From NCBI GenBank assembly GCA_964199315.1, contig OZ116701.1, positions 24,242,001-24,306,000 of the forward strand: a DNA stretch of 64,000 bases, read 5' to 3'. Within the stretch, counting starts at the first letter, position 1, and each line of letters starts with the position of its first letter. A program made the translations under genes and the position numbers. Source of the DNA: Orbicella franksi (lineage: Eukaryota). The notes under the pieces are model-generated. The model was not told the origin of the DNA and searched no databases. It saw only the letters and a program-made list of their open reading frames with translations. Positions 1 to 12,180 of this stretch are shown here, one piece after another.

Positions 1-1509
1 TGACTAATAATGTAGGTTCATCTTCAGGTGACACAGATTATGAGATGCAGAAGAGAGATTCAGAAGAAAACCCTGAGCAAAAATTCCTTGTTTTCGAGTC
101 CTGCCTAAAGTTACTTGTGAAATTTTGCTCAAAATGTGGTGGAACCATTTTTGAATCTGTTGAAAGAACTAGTGGCAGTATGTTTTCAGTGAAAATGCTG
201 TGTATCTATAATCTTCTGACTTGCTGGGATTCACAGCCACTGTCAAAAATATTGCAGCAGGTAATTTACTCTCCTCAGCTGCCATTCTGTTCAGTGGCAA
301 TACATTTTCTTATATTGCCCAGTTTGCATCCTTTCCGAATTTGAAGTTCCTCAGCCATACCACATATTACACTATACAAAACAAGTATCTGTTTCCTGTG
401 GTAGACAAAGCCTGGAAAGAGGAAAGAAGTTCAGTATTAGATGCAGTTAAAAGCAATGGGTCAGTCAATTTGATTGGGGATGGAAGCTGTGACAGTCCAG
501 GTCAGAATGCCAAATATTGCACATACACTATGATGACAGATGAAGGAAAGGTGGCAGCATTCAATGTCGTACGGGTAACAGAGGTAACTTGGTCTAATTT
601 GATGGAAAAGGAACGGCTCGAGAGGTGCATTCAAGACCTTGCCAGAGAAGAAGTCACCATCAAGAGAATTGCCACCGACCACCATACTTCCATCTCAAGT
701 TCAATGAAAAAGGACCATGGTGGAATCGACCGCCAGTATGATGTTTGGCATTTGTCAAAGTGGGTGATGAAAAAACTTTCCAAGAAGGCTAAAGTGAAAG
801 GCTGTGAAGATCTTCCATGGATCTGTTCAGTCTCAAACCAGATGTGGTGGTGTTCCGCAACATGTGATGGCAATGCTGAAGTGCTGAAAGAAAAGTGGAC
901 GTCAGTCCTGTTTCACGTGACAAACAAACACAAGTGGAATGGCTACACCCACTTTCATGAGTGTTGCCATCCAAGACTGACCAGTGCTCAGATCAGGAAA
1001 AAGAAGTTGCTGAAGCCTAATACCCCTGCCTATATTGCCCTTGAGGAGGTGGTGCTCAACAAGAAGATCTTGAAAGACATTGAAAAGCTGACTAAATTTT
1101 GCCATACTGGAGAGCTTGAGGTGTATAACTCTGAATATTTGAAGTACTGCCCAAAGCGTGAGCATTTTTCACACAAAGGCATGGTGGCACACCCACAACT
1201 CACAGCACTTGAGCACAATGCAAACTGGGGAAGAAAGCAGGCAGTCATACAATCTGGGCCATGTGCTGGTGAAGCCAGGTACAAGGTCAGCTTCCCAAAG
1301 GCACAGAAACAGTGGGTGGCTAAGCCAGTAAAAGAAGAAAATCCTATGCACATGTTATGGTCTTGATGGACACTGTTGCCAATGCCTGTGAAACCGGTGA
1401 AGTTAAAATTGAACCTGAAGCATGCCATCTCCCCAAAGACATCTTGGGGACTGTACCTCCAAGCAAACAAGAACTTGTCCATAAACACCAGTCCAGGTTT
1501 AACCGATAA
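1..1509 (+). pseudogene. Kolobok-type DDE transposase (frameshifted; Mutator-like fold)
   Basis: ORFs 45-344 (CxxC) and 221-1366 carry GDGSCDSPGQNAKYCTY, IATD, DVWH and TGELEVYNS. A shifted frame continues to HQSRFNR* at 1509. Confidence 0.75.
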
Positions 1510-1774
1510 AAACTCTACAATTTGGCTGCACGAATGTGGAGTAATTTGCATGCAAATGTGATTCAGTACAACTCAAATGAGTGAGAGTCAATAATTACGG
1601 CTATAATGTTTCCCTGGGGAATCAGTGATCTCAGTGCGTTGAAGGGATTTGGATTGTTTTGACATGACATTTTATCATCCATTATAATATAGGTAGGACC
1701 CTGTGCACATTCTGATTGGTCAAAAACCCTTGTTTTATCAGACTATAAAACATAGAAAAAGTAGGTTAGCTTAA

Positions 1775-2219
1775 GGTCATTCCCCGGTATTGCATTGTGC
1801 ATCCCTACTACACATAATTTCATGCGTGATTAGCGCGCGCATTAAAAAATGGCGGCTTTTTCTTTGCAGCTGGACCTCGCCATAGAGGTAAATCGTCATT
1901 TTCTCAAAAACGAGCACGGTGACCTATCATTTTTTTCTGTTGTGTTGAATTGAGTCAAATTTCTCCATGTAAAATAAATATGGGTTAATTCTCAGTGTTG
2001 AGCAAGAAACAATCGTCGGAAACGTGAATTTAGCAAGCAATCATGACTATAATCATTGTGCTATTGTAAGGTTTGTATGGCATAAACAAGGTGCTGTTGC
2101 TCCTAAATGAACATGGGGACCCCTCATTTTTATTTCCAAATTTAAGTTCCTACAATATAAACAGTCAATAGGCAAAGTTTGACAAAAATCTCTACAGGTT
2201 CTATTTCAGTGGAATGACC
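1775..2219. mobile_element. 445-bp non-autonomous Kolobok-type element
   Basis: TTAA (1771-1774), GGTCATTCC ... GGAATGACC, TTAA (2220-2223). Confidence 0.85.
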
Positions 2220-2626
2220 TTAAAAATTATGTTTCATAATCTTGTTGCTGTTCTACAAAAAATGGAGTATATTGTGTTGTTTATAGGAACAGGGATTCAA
2301 TATTACTGAGTCTTGGTATGATCGACTTTACTCCAGGAGGGTGATTTTAAACTGATTTAGTAAGGTCTAAAATATAGCATAGCAGTGCATATTGCCTCTC
2401 TAAATGCTTGTGAGATCACAATAGCTATGAATAAAATGAACAAAAGCATGCAAGAGCGATTTTATTTTTATTCTTTGTTTATTGTGTTTGTTTACAATTC
2501 TTGAGCACGTGAGCGTTTGATCTTGACAGCATCTCCAAAACATCAAACACCGTTTGATTCATGGTGCCTCGACACATCGGTTAAATTGCATTGTTTATGT
2601 TAGAAAGTATATCTAGAAACTCTTAC

Positions 2627-2823
2627 CAGTCTAGATTTCTGGACCAAGAATTTTTGTCATTGTGTTGATGTTCCTCTAATTCTCCTTCTTCTTCCATGCC
2701 TTCTTTGCTGGAAGAAAACTCTGGTTCAAACTGGTATGGCCAAATCACATTTTCAGGCATATTTTCATCGTCAATAGAAAGACTTGATTGAGATGAATGC
2801 AAAGAGGTTTTGTCATCAGACAT
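2627..2823 (-). pseudogene. First exon of Kolobok accessory (KolX / P2X7-ballast-like) gene
   Basis: Acidic N-terminus with PYQFEPE and NLDW, ending at a GTAAG donor. Convergent with the transposase. Downstream exons not found. Confidence 0.5.
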
Positions 2824-3106
2824 TTCAAAGTGTCTGAAACTAAACTAGCTCAATATACTCACTTTGGCTCCTCAAGCAAAACAAAAGCAAAGCAATGCGG
2901 CATCATGATCTGATGTCATGTTTTAATCCGCTGATCCTTTAAGCTCCCGCGATCAAAAGGGAACATGGCAGGTGCAATCCAAAGCTTAGGATCGATTTTT
3001 CATAAAATCATTCATCATCAATATAAATTATTGCTGTAAAATTGATCCATCCTATGTTAACATCAATACAAAACATAGTTAAAATTGGCCTTAAGTTCCC
3101 CTTCAA

Positions 3107-3472
3107 CGGCCACCAGGTACTTATCTTTGTCAAGGGCTTTGCTTTTGTTGCGGGTAGTACTTTGGATTTGAAACCACCATAGCAGCAGCAAACTTCTCGA
3201 GAGCCTTCTCACTGTCTTGTCTTATCTGTTTGAAAGCTTCTAACTCTGCGAGACGCAGTGTGAGAGCTCTACATTTCCCACCATACTTCCGTTCTAGTTG
3301 AGACTTGGCAGCTTCATATGCTGCCTCAGAAAGACCAAGCTTCTCAATAACCTTAAGGTCTTGACCTTGGAGGCATTCACACAGTCTTAACAGCTTGTAT
3401 TTAGGTGTAGCTCTGGCTCAGTCAACACACAAGTGAAAGGCTGCCTTTCCAGCAAATTTGGGAATGTTTACT
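3107..3472 (-). pseudogene. BEL/Pao gag, DUF1759-like segment
   Basis: Manual translation: VNIPKFAGKAAFHLCVD*ARATPKYKLLRLCECLQGQDLKVIEKLGLSEAAYEAAKSQLERKYGG. Confidence 0.8.
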
Positions 3473-3949
3473 GTCTCAGTAATTGCAGTTCGGCCGATTT
3501 TGCTTGAGACACAGATTTAGCTCATTTTCTGTGCATTGTAAGACATTCAAGTACCTATACTAAAACCACAATCCGTTTGATCGTATCTCTTTATTTTTCA
3601 GAGTTTTATGGAAATTAAATTTCACTCGAGCCAAGGCCTGTCGTGACACTTTTCAAGACTTAAATTTGAGACAACTTTGGAGGACAATTTATGAAAAACT
3701 ATGAGATTCAGCAAAAAACAAATACCACAGCCATGTATATTAACTCTATCTTATCCATCAAGGCGACTTTCATGAACATTGCGTTTCAATCAAGCAAACA
3801 GGAAGACTTGAGTGACACCTTATTGGTTCGCTTAAGTCACACATGCGAAAACCGATGAAATTCAATTCATAGCTAGGAAGTAGGTACCATAGAAAAGGTA
3901 ACTACAGAAAAAAACTTTGCAGCCCGACCTTTACTAAAACTTTATAACT

Positions 3950-4303
3950 TTATAATTCTGAACGTTGTCGCTCATTGTGTTCAATAGACTGCTTTCATAT
4001 TTTAGATCACGCCACTACCAGCTTTCAACTCAAGATAAAGGAGGCTATTCATATTCAAAAAGAACTACCTTCCCTCAATCAGCAATTACACCATGTAAAT
4101 CTAAAATTATCCTTTTAACTTACACCTTTTCACGTTCTGTTGTTACTATTTGTCTTAATTAGCATTTTTGCCTACTTATTATTCAACTTGCTTTGTAATC
4201 ATTCATTCAACTGAAGATGACAGAAGCTCTGTCGAAACATGTCTTGCAAACTTAAAAAATTGGTCGTTTTCCTTAAAATATTTACATGTCTGCTGCTATC
4301 TAG
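3950..4303 (+). mobile_element. Penelope-like element 3' fragment
   Basis: GIY-YIG-type C-terminus (ILDHATTSFQLKIKEAIHIQKELPSLNQQLHHVNLKLSF*) plus a hammerhead motif, flanked by direct repeat AACTTTATAACT (3938-3949, 4304-4315). Confidence 0.8.
4206..4248 (+). ncRNA. Minimal type I hammerhead ribozyme (Penelope-type)
   Basis: CAA-CTGAAGA-T-GACAGA(AGC)TCTGTC-GAAAC-AT-GTC-TTG: intact core, 6-bp stem II, palindromic stem III, short stem I. Confidence 0.75.
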
Positions 4304-5501
4304 AACTTTATAACTCCGTGAACTTAGCTAATTTTCGGCAATCTCCAAGTTTGGCTGCCATCATGAGGGACTTGTCAACATGAGTCGTAGCAGATATAAA
4401 TCAAGCAGGTAGGTCTAAAACTGTTAGAAATACATATGAAAGCAATTCAAATGAACTTTACTTTCAATTCAAGCGGCAAAATTTGAAATTGTTAAACTTA
4501 CCATTCCTACACCCCCATGTGACCATTTCTTCCAGCAACAATTCAAACACTACAACTAGTGTTCGAATTCCCCTCGTCGATTGCACCATAAAAAATAACC
4601 TGTGCCACCCAAGCTTCGATTCGAATGTGAAGTACAAATAACATAACTGCTTCATCTTAGAGGCAATATCACCTGGTATTTTGATTTTCTGATCGACGAG
4701 AACAGTGATCAGGAAGCGATGTTTACCTCATAAACGTGACCACTGACCAGCCGGTGAGTGAAAACAGCACAGCTCAGTGGCGAGGGGAGGGGTGTGGGTT
4801 GGGTGCGGGCAGATTATCAGAAGATTTTTGGGAACATTCGAACATATGCATTAAAGTATCATAATAAGCATAAGGACTCTCAGTCTTAATGCAAAGGCAT
4901 GCATGCTTTGTCTTGCAGACAACTTTTGTTATGCTTAGTATTCTTTTTTCCTTTCAAATACATTTTGTTCCACAAAGGACTGGCATCAATCCATAGATTT
5001 ATAACCAGATCTTACCATGTAAACAAATGTGTTTAGATAATCGAGATAACCATTAAACCTCTTGTATCGCATCGGTAGTAACATGTCTTGTCTTTGCCCA
5101 ACCGTGAGAGCGTGTAGCAGCAAAGATGCGAGACATGAGTCTCGTGTCTCGCAGCTTCTCTATGCTCACAGGATACGTGTGAACTCACTATCTTTAAGAA
5201 AAATAAGAGACTGCTCACAGTCTATATTCCGTTCAACCATTTCATAAGAGTGAAAAAGTAAATTGAGTGAAAAAGTCACAAACCCATTCTTTACCTCGCG
5301 AGTGTGATCACTGACCACTCACAAAGTACAGTAGGCTTCTCTGGGGCATGGAAATTGAAATCGTATCAAGTATACAAAGTTATAGTGAGTTCCTTTAGAT
5401 CTCCTAAACTTGTATCATGTTGGAAACAGTTATAGTTACAGGAAGAAGCTGTTTGTTAGTGAGATGTTTATTGTCTTAGGACTGCTTTTTGAATAGCAAA
5501 G

Positions 5502-5920
5502 ATGGAAAAAAACTATGGTTCATTGCGTGGCTTAAGTGGTTTGGTACGGCTTTCTGAATGTAATGATGAAGTAAAACATCATCTGATAAGCTGCCACCTG
5601 TTTAAAGAGGTCCTGAGTGAAAATGAGCTAATCTTGGCAAGGACTCGCCTATTTCAACTCACTCAGGAGGATAAAAAAAAATGTGGATTTGATATAGGCA
5701 TCATACATTGGGGAAGTTTTGGAGAAGTGCAAAAGATAACATGTCATTATCCTGGTCATGCTGGTGTCAGGGAGCGTATCCAAGGCTGTTTCCATACTTA
5801 AGGAAATCTGTACTTTCTTCAAACTCCCATTTAAATCTAGGGATTCCAAAGCTGTCCTAATGTCAAAAATAAAGGAAATGACTCATGAATGCCAGTGCTC
5901 TGTAGAAGGATAATTACAAC
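5502..5920 (+). pseudogene. Internally deleted transposase-like remnant of the long-TIR element
   Basis: ORF 5502-5801 ([10 protein letters not shown]...CHYPGH) abuts a shifted frame [35 protein letters not shown]. These resemble the N- and C-termini of cnidarian transposon proteins; recognised from memory only. Confidence 0.35.
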
Positions 5921-6690
5921 ATCAAGCAGCGATGCAATGGCCCCTGTTGCTGTCAATAATGGAGAGATTGTAAGTTGGTTATGAAAATTACACTTTTTTC
6001 TTTTTTTGCTTTGACTTTTTGATGTGGTTTTGTCACAATTTGAACAAACACCTGTCATTCTTACGTAATGTTTTAACAGGAAACCAAACAGCATCATTTT
6101 ATTTCCAAGTAGGTATATATTCAGTTGTTCTTAGCCACCATTTTGCCAGAACAAAGTATATGTATATATAGGTATTTAGTTTGGTACACAAAAAAACAGT
6201 TTACTTGTAAAAACCTTTGTGTTTTTTATATCTTTACATACTTATAAAAAATTGCAGAGGGTAACTGACAAGGAAAAAACTTTCCTTTTAGCCAACAGGG
6301 AGTCGTGCAGAGGCATGGGGTGAAAGCAACCAAAAAATTAGGAGTAGGAGGAGGAGCTTATTCAGCCAGCCTTTTGCATGTATTTGTATATTCAATGTAA
6401 TAAACGCGGTACACCAAAAAATCAGTTTACTTATAAAACTCTTTGTCGTTTCGTATGAAAAAAATGTACAGGAAAATTGCAAATGAAAAGAATAGGGTTT
6501 AGTGATAAAAGGCCAGATCGAATCAAGGAATGAGCCGAAACTATGGAGGGGGAATTGTGACAAAAATGCCATTGAATCACATTTCATGCCATTGGATCAT
6601 CAATGCTATGTCATTGAATCAAACATCGTTCTATCCGACAATATTTTTCATGTCATTGGATCGTATGTCATTCTATCGGACCATATTTTT

Positions 6691-7170
6691 CATGTCACTG
6701 GATCGAACTTCATGCCATTGGATCGGACTTCATGCCATTGGATCGGACTTCATGTCATTGGATCAAACTTCATGTCATTGGATCGAACTTCATGCCATTG
6801 GATCAAACTTCATGTCATTGGATCAAACTTCATGTCATTGGATCAAACTTCATGTCAATGGGTCCAACTTCATGTCATTGGATCAAACTTCATGTCATTG
6901 GATCAAACTTCATGTCATTGGATCAGACTTCATGCCATTGGATCGGACTTCATGTTATTGGATTGAACTTCATGTCATTGGATCCAACTTCATGTCATTG
7001 GATCAAACTTCATGTCATTGGATCAAACTCCATGTCATTGGATCAAACTTCATGTCATTGGATCGGACTTCATGCCATTGGATCGAACTTCATGTCATTG
7101 GATCGAACTTCATGCCATTGGATCGGACTTCATGCCATTGGATCGGACTTTATGTTATTGGATCATGCAT
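6691..7170 (+). repeat. 20-bp tandem array (~24 units) in left TIR of IS3EU
   Basis: Unit CATG(T/C)CATTGGATC(A/G)(A/G)ACTT, head to tail, no spacers. Confidence 0.95.
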
Positions 7171-7445
7171 CATTCTAATGGACACTGTGGGTGCTGTCCT
7201 TTACGTCACTTAATCGGAATTTATGTAATTGGATTGGAATTCGTGTCATTGGATCATACATCATTCTATCAGACCATAATACCTCGTGTGCCACAATATC
7301 TTTGTTTCATTTGATCTTACATTATTTAAGCGCCCAAATCCTCATGTCGGCAAGTGCATTATAATACGGTACATTATAAATATCATACAAGAAGTACCTA
7401 CCTAAAAATTGTCTCCAGGGTGCTTTTCAGGCATAATTTTTAAAA

Positions 7446-10400
7446 ATGGCGGTCACTGAAGAGGGTCAGCATCAAACGGTACAAGAACTGATAGTAAACA
7501 ACGTAAAAACCGTTCTTGTTGATGTTATAAATCGGCTCAATTCGAATACAGGTCTTGATTATAGCTTATATAAGGTTGAATGGCTATGTTCACTGATTTT
7601 GAGACTGGGTGGAATGTTTGAAGAAGAATTGTTCCCAAACTTGCTTCAAGCTCGCCACCTAATATTACAGATGGTGAATGAGGATTCCTTCGACGACTAC
7701 AGTACCATGAGAGCAGTGATAGCAACTGGAAGTAAAGGAAGGCCGAAACTCGACATCAGCTGAAACCAGCTAGAGTATTATCTTGAGAAAGGTTTTAAGG
7801 GCATTGACATAGCCAAGATGCTTAGAGTCAGTGATAAAACAGTGAACAGAAGACTCCATGAATTTGGAATCTCGGTTCGTGCAAGTTATTCAAGTATGAG
7901 TGAAGCAGAATTAGATGCTGTCATCCAGGATATACTTCATAGTTTCCCAAATTGTGGGTACAAGTCCATGCGTGGCCATCTCCTGTCCAAGGGCCACAAA
8001 ATTCAAGAAGAAAGAATCAGAGAAGCAATGAGAAGAGTTGACCCTGAAGGTAATATATCAATGTCAAGACAGTAAGAGAAGACGTGGGAGGTGGGTCATT
8101 AATACAGAAGAACCCCAATTAAGCAGCCACCCTCCAGGAAAGGACAAGTGGCTTTAAAATGTTGCATGTATTTTCAATCAAGTTGTTAACAATTAGAAGG
8201 TTTCACACCTTTTCCTTTGGGTTGCTTGTCATCATGTTGTAGGCACTGCTGTCAGAGGTCTCCAGATTTGTGTGACACAGAAGATCTTACAATGTAAGGG
8301 CCCCTTTAGCCCTTTGGCACATGGATAGTCACCATAAACTGGTGAGGTATGTGTATTTGCCATGAAAACAGCTCATGTTTCTTTCAAGGGTGAATTAATG
8401 AATTAATGAATTCGTTTCCAGAAATTTGACTATATTCATTGCTTTAATATTCCATTCTTGAAGTGAATATTTCAACATTGAATGGCGACTTGATTGTTGA
8501 TTGGATTGTTGTCTGGCTTCACGCAATAAGCATGTAGGAATTTGGCCAAAATTTGCATAATTTTGACTGCAACTGGTAAACTGTCATATGTCACACTGTT
8601 TTCTCATCATTTTGTTTGTCACTTGCTTTTCTTAACCCTCTCATGATAGAAAAAGAGAGAGGTAGAGATTTTAGTGGACTCAAAAGGCTCAAAATGCTGC
8701 TGGCAGAAGAGAAAGTGGGAAAAATGTTGTTACCCAGTTGTTGTTTTTATGGAAATTAGGGATATTTTGTTGCACTAAGTCAGGCATCATGAAATCAACA
8801 TTTTTGTTTTGAATCAAGTTGCCATTTCAACATTGAAATATTCCTTTCAAAAATAGAATATTGAAGCAAAGAATGAAGTCAAATTTCTGTAAATGAATTC
8901 ATTAATTCACCATTGATAGGAACACTTGAGGTGTTTTGTTTATTTGCTATTTTCTCCTTTTGTACATCATGTCCATGTTGCTTTTTAGGTGGAAATTTGT
9001 CATACATGGGCATATTGATGGATTTTCTAGAAAGATCATGTTTCTTCGATGCAATGGAAACAATCAGGCTGACACTGTCCTTGACTTGTTCTTGGAAGCA
9101 GTCAATGTCCATGGTCTGCCATCACGAGTAAGATCAGATCACGGAGTGGAAAATGTGAATGTTGCTTGGTACATGCTTACTCATCCAGCAAGAGGACCAG
9201 GAAGGGGCAGTATAATCGCTGGGCCAAGTGTACACAATCAACGGATAGAACGATTGTGGAGAGACTTGTTTGCAAGCTGTATCTACATTTATTATTCAGT
9301 ATTCTAGTTTCTTGAGGAATCCGGGCATTTAGAGTTGTCCAACAACATCCACATGTTCTGTTTGCATTACACATTTCTACCAAGAATAAAGCAGCACCTC
9401 CATGATTTTGCGAGTTCCTGGAATGATCACCCAATCAGAACTGCAAGAAACAAAACACCAAACCAGCTTTGGATAATTGGTTTAATTGACAATGCAAGAA
9501 TCATGGAAGTTTCTATGGAGCAACAGGTGGGAGAGCTTTCTTATCTTATTTCCCTCAACATTTGTAGGCCAATGACAATCTCTTTGAAATGGCTTAAGGA
9601 TGTTCAGCGTTAAAATATTATATACCTCCCCGTCTTCGGAATTCTATACAGGAATTCTAGTACACAGCTTCGTTGATGAATAACTTTTGTAGGTATAAAT
9701 TTACTAGCATTCTTCGTGAATGCTGTTCACTGATTGGCTTTGCTACTATCTATTGTTCTTGATTGTAAGTAGCAGTTATTGAGAAAATGGCACCTGCTTC
9801 TTCCCGTTTGCAAAATGTTTTTAGTGACTGTAAAGATTTGGATAGTCTTGTTGTTAGTTTTGAGCATCTAGTTGCTTTATACCAAAACAATAAGATTATT
9901 CACTTGATTATTAGATCCTTTTATAGTTGACTTGGGCTTTGCCCTCATCAGCTATCACACAATAGAAATCTCATGCTCATAATCTAATTGTTAAGTAGAA
10001 TTTATAAAGATTATCAAAGAAAACAAATTGAGATTGCTTTACAAGTCTCTTAAAAATTCAGTGCCATCAAAGTGAAAGCTACCCAATTTCTAATCCATTG
10101 TGGCCAACAATAATTACTTTAATATTATTTAGTGGAAGATTTTCTCTTTGGGATGTTTTTGTGTATCTAGACAACAGACAGGTTTATTATAATAATTTCA
10201 TCGGTTATTGTGGCATATTTTTGTGCTAATGGAGAATTCAGCAGGCTAAAATATATTTTATCTCACTGCCGTGGACCAATCAGAAACAAGAAAGTAACAA
10301 GCTAGCCAATCAGAGCTGCAAATGAGGGCAATCTATGAAGACTGTCACCCATCTGTAATTTCCTGTTCTTTTCATTCATTTTGTATAAATCTTGCCTTAG

Positions 10401-10623
10401 CAGAATTGGGATGACTATGGCATAGACTGTGATGGGCCCCTCCCAGAGAGTTGTCAAGATGAGGAGGCTGTGATCATCCCGAATATTCCGAACCCACTAA
10501 CAGACAGTGATTATCATGACCTAATCCATGCCATAAATCCAATAACAGCATGACAATAGTTATGGGATTGATGTGTACTTGAGTGCTTGCAACTTTGTTG
10601 CGGAGAGACTCTCATTGCAGTGA
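7446..10623 (+). pseudogene. IS3EU transposase (integrase-like DDE core), 4 exons
   Basis: Exons 7446-8049, 8243-8346, 8989-9526, 10401-10623 with GT-AG introns. GRPK + [38 protein letters not shown]. Stops at 7761 and 9305; frameshifts in exons 2 and 4. Confidence 0.88.
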
Positions 10624-12089
10624 ACAGTCAATCTCTGGCGATGACTGGCAGGAGGTGTTAGGAGTCTAAATTTGTGATTCAGAAGTTTAGTCAGAGAACA
10701 AATTCGAGAGAAAATAACCCTCTAAAACCAAATCCTGGGAATATTGTGTTCTGGCATGCTAGTTCCAGCACTAAATCAGAGCAATGATAACTGTGTTTAC
10801 TGTTATCTCAGAGCTAATCAAGATACAGTTTAGCAAATACTTGTTTCTCTTTTATTGATGACAAATCAACTCATTATCAACTCATTGCACTAGGCACCTA
10901 CTGGTATCTGTGTGTTTCTAACAAAGAAGTAATGTTGTGTTAATCCTATGTTATCTGGTATAAATGACCTACTGGGTACTTCCCACTAATGTAACTACAT
11001 GTATGTATCCCATGTCATTTTAATCACATGATTCATATTTGAATGCCAATGTGGCTTTTTACATAAAAAAAGCTCTAATAAAACTGGAACCTAAAAATTT
11101 ATAACTTGAAAATCTCTGAACAACAAGAAAACAACTAAAATTTACCATTTCAACTGAAATGCAATAACACAGGCCTTTTACATGCAATTAAAATCATCAT
11201 ATGATATTCTTATATTTCTGAATTTCAACATTGCAAAAACAAACACAACAGTGAAAATTGTACACCTGTATGATAAAGACACGTTCATGCAAATGAAAAT
11301 CCTTTTGACCCATATCGGATTGCAGTGTCCATGCAGTTCATGAACTCCTGATATGTATTATGGCCAATGGGAAGCAATAAAGACATGAAACAACACTCTG
11401 ATGTTGGTAACTTGCTGCTCTCATTTGTATTAAACTTAACCACCAAGATCTCTTTTCGTGGAGGTAGGAAATCCCATCCAGTCCAGAAGCAGCACAAGTC
11501 ATTCAGCCGCGTCTCACCTGCAAGTTTAAGGGAAACATTCATGACCAAATTATTTTTTAGTGTAATGATTATTGTTAGTGGGCACTGGTTGTGTTCTATT
11601 GCAGTTTTATGAATGTGTTTGGTTCCCTCATAATTGACATTGAAGTCTATTATTGTTAAATTTTACAGTTATGTTGCAGACCATTAATGGACACAGACCT
11701 TGATGAACAACACTTCCCTTAACCCTGCACCAGAATGTCTAAGACCAACATGTTATTGCCGTCATCACTTTAACACCTATTATCTTTTTTGAAGAAGGTG
11801 AAACCAAATGAAAAAAAAAAACTTCCAATGTGAAGTTATTTTTTTAATGTACTCACTTTGATATCAGATAAATACCTTCCTTTCTTTGGGCAATTTCCTG
11901 CACATATTGCTCAAACATAATTCTTGCCTGGACTTCTTTCTCTCCACTTTCATTGTCATAGGTAACTTTAGCCAGGAATTCTGTAGCACAGATGTGCTTT
12001 GCAGCATGAGGCAGAAAAACAATCTCTACCAGTGATGGCTGCTGGGTTAGGAAGCTTTGCAATGTCACCTCATTCATTCCTGTTACAAT

Positions 12090-12180
12090 TTGAATAATAA
12101 TAATAATGATAATAATGATGATAATAATAATAATTAATAATATTACTAAATAATAATAATTTTAATTTTAATAATAATAA
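12090..12180. repeat. (AAT)n microsatellite in HECT gene intron
   Basis: Imperfect AAT run. Confidence 0.85.

Larger units (their letters stand above)
1..3102 (+). mobile_element. Kolobok-type DNA transposon, left end outside window
   Basis: Transposase on + converges with a KolX/P2X7-C-terminal-like exon on -. Candidate right end GTTCCCCT (3095-3102) is followed by a degenerate TTAA (TCAA), where BEL gag sequence begins. Confidence 0.6.

Noticed and set aside
2450-3102. KolobokP long direct repeat at the right end of the autonomous Kolobok
   Set aside because: No inner TIR at the expected distance, and the left end is outside the window, so it cannot be tested.
3503-4392. Classification of the ~890-bp insert in the left TIR
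   Set aside because: The insertion is evident from the TIR alignment, but its ends are too degenerate to assign a TIR, TSD or family.
5127-5153. 27-bp palindrome TGCGAGACATGAG-T-CTCGTGTCTCGCA as a Helitron 3' hairpin or terminator
   Set aside because: No CTRR end or matching 5' terminus found.
5837-6097. RecQ helicase C-terminus (AcademH-like) from VCSNCD
   Set aside because: Only a single CxxC; no helicase motifs nearby.
6691-7170. Possible CRISPR array
   Set aside because: Units are head to tail with no unique spacers, there are no cas genes, and the array is part of a TIR in eukaryotic DNA.
6502-7314. Overlapping ORFs 6502-7314 and mirrored ORFs 18299-18606 as proteins
   Set aside because: They are artefacts of the 20-bp TIR repeat, open in several frames at both element ends.
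7446-10623. Bacterial IS3/IS481 contamination or recent horizontal transfer
   Set aside because: The transposase has canonical spliceosomal introns and sits among animal TEs.
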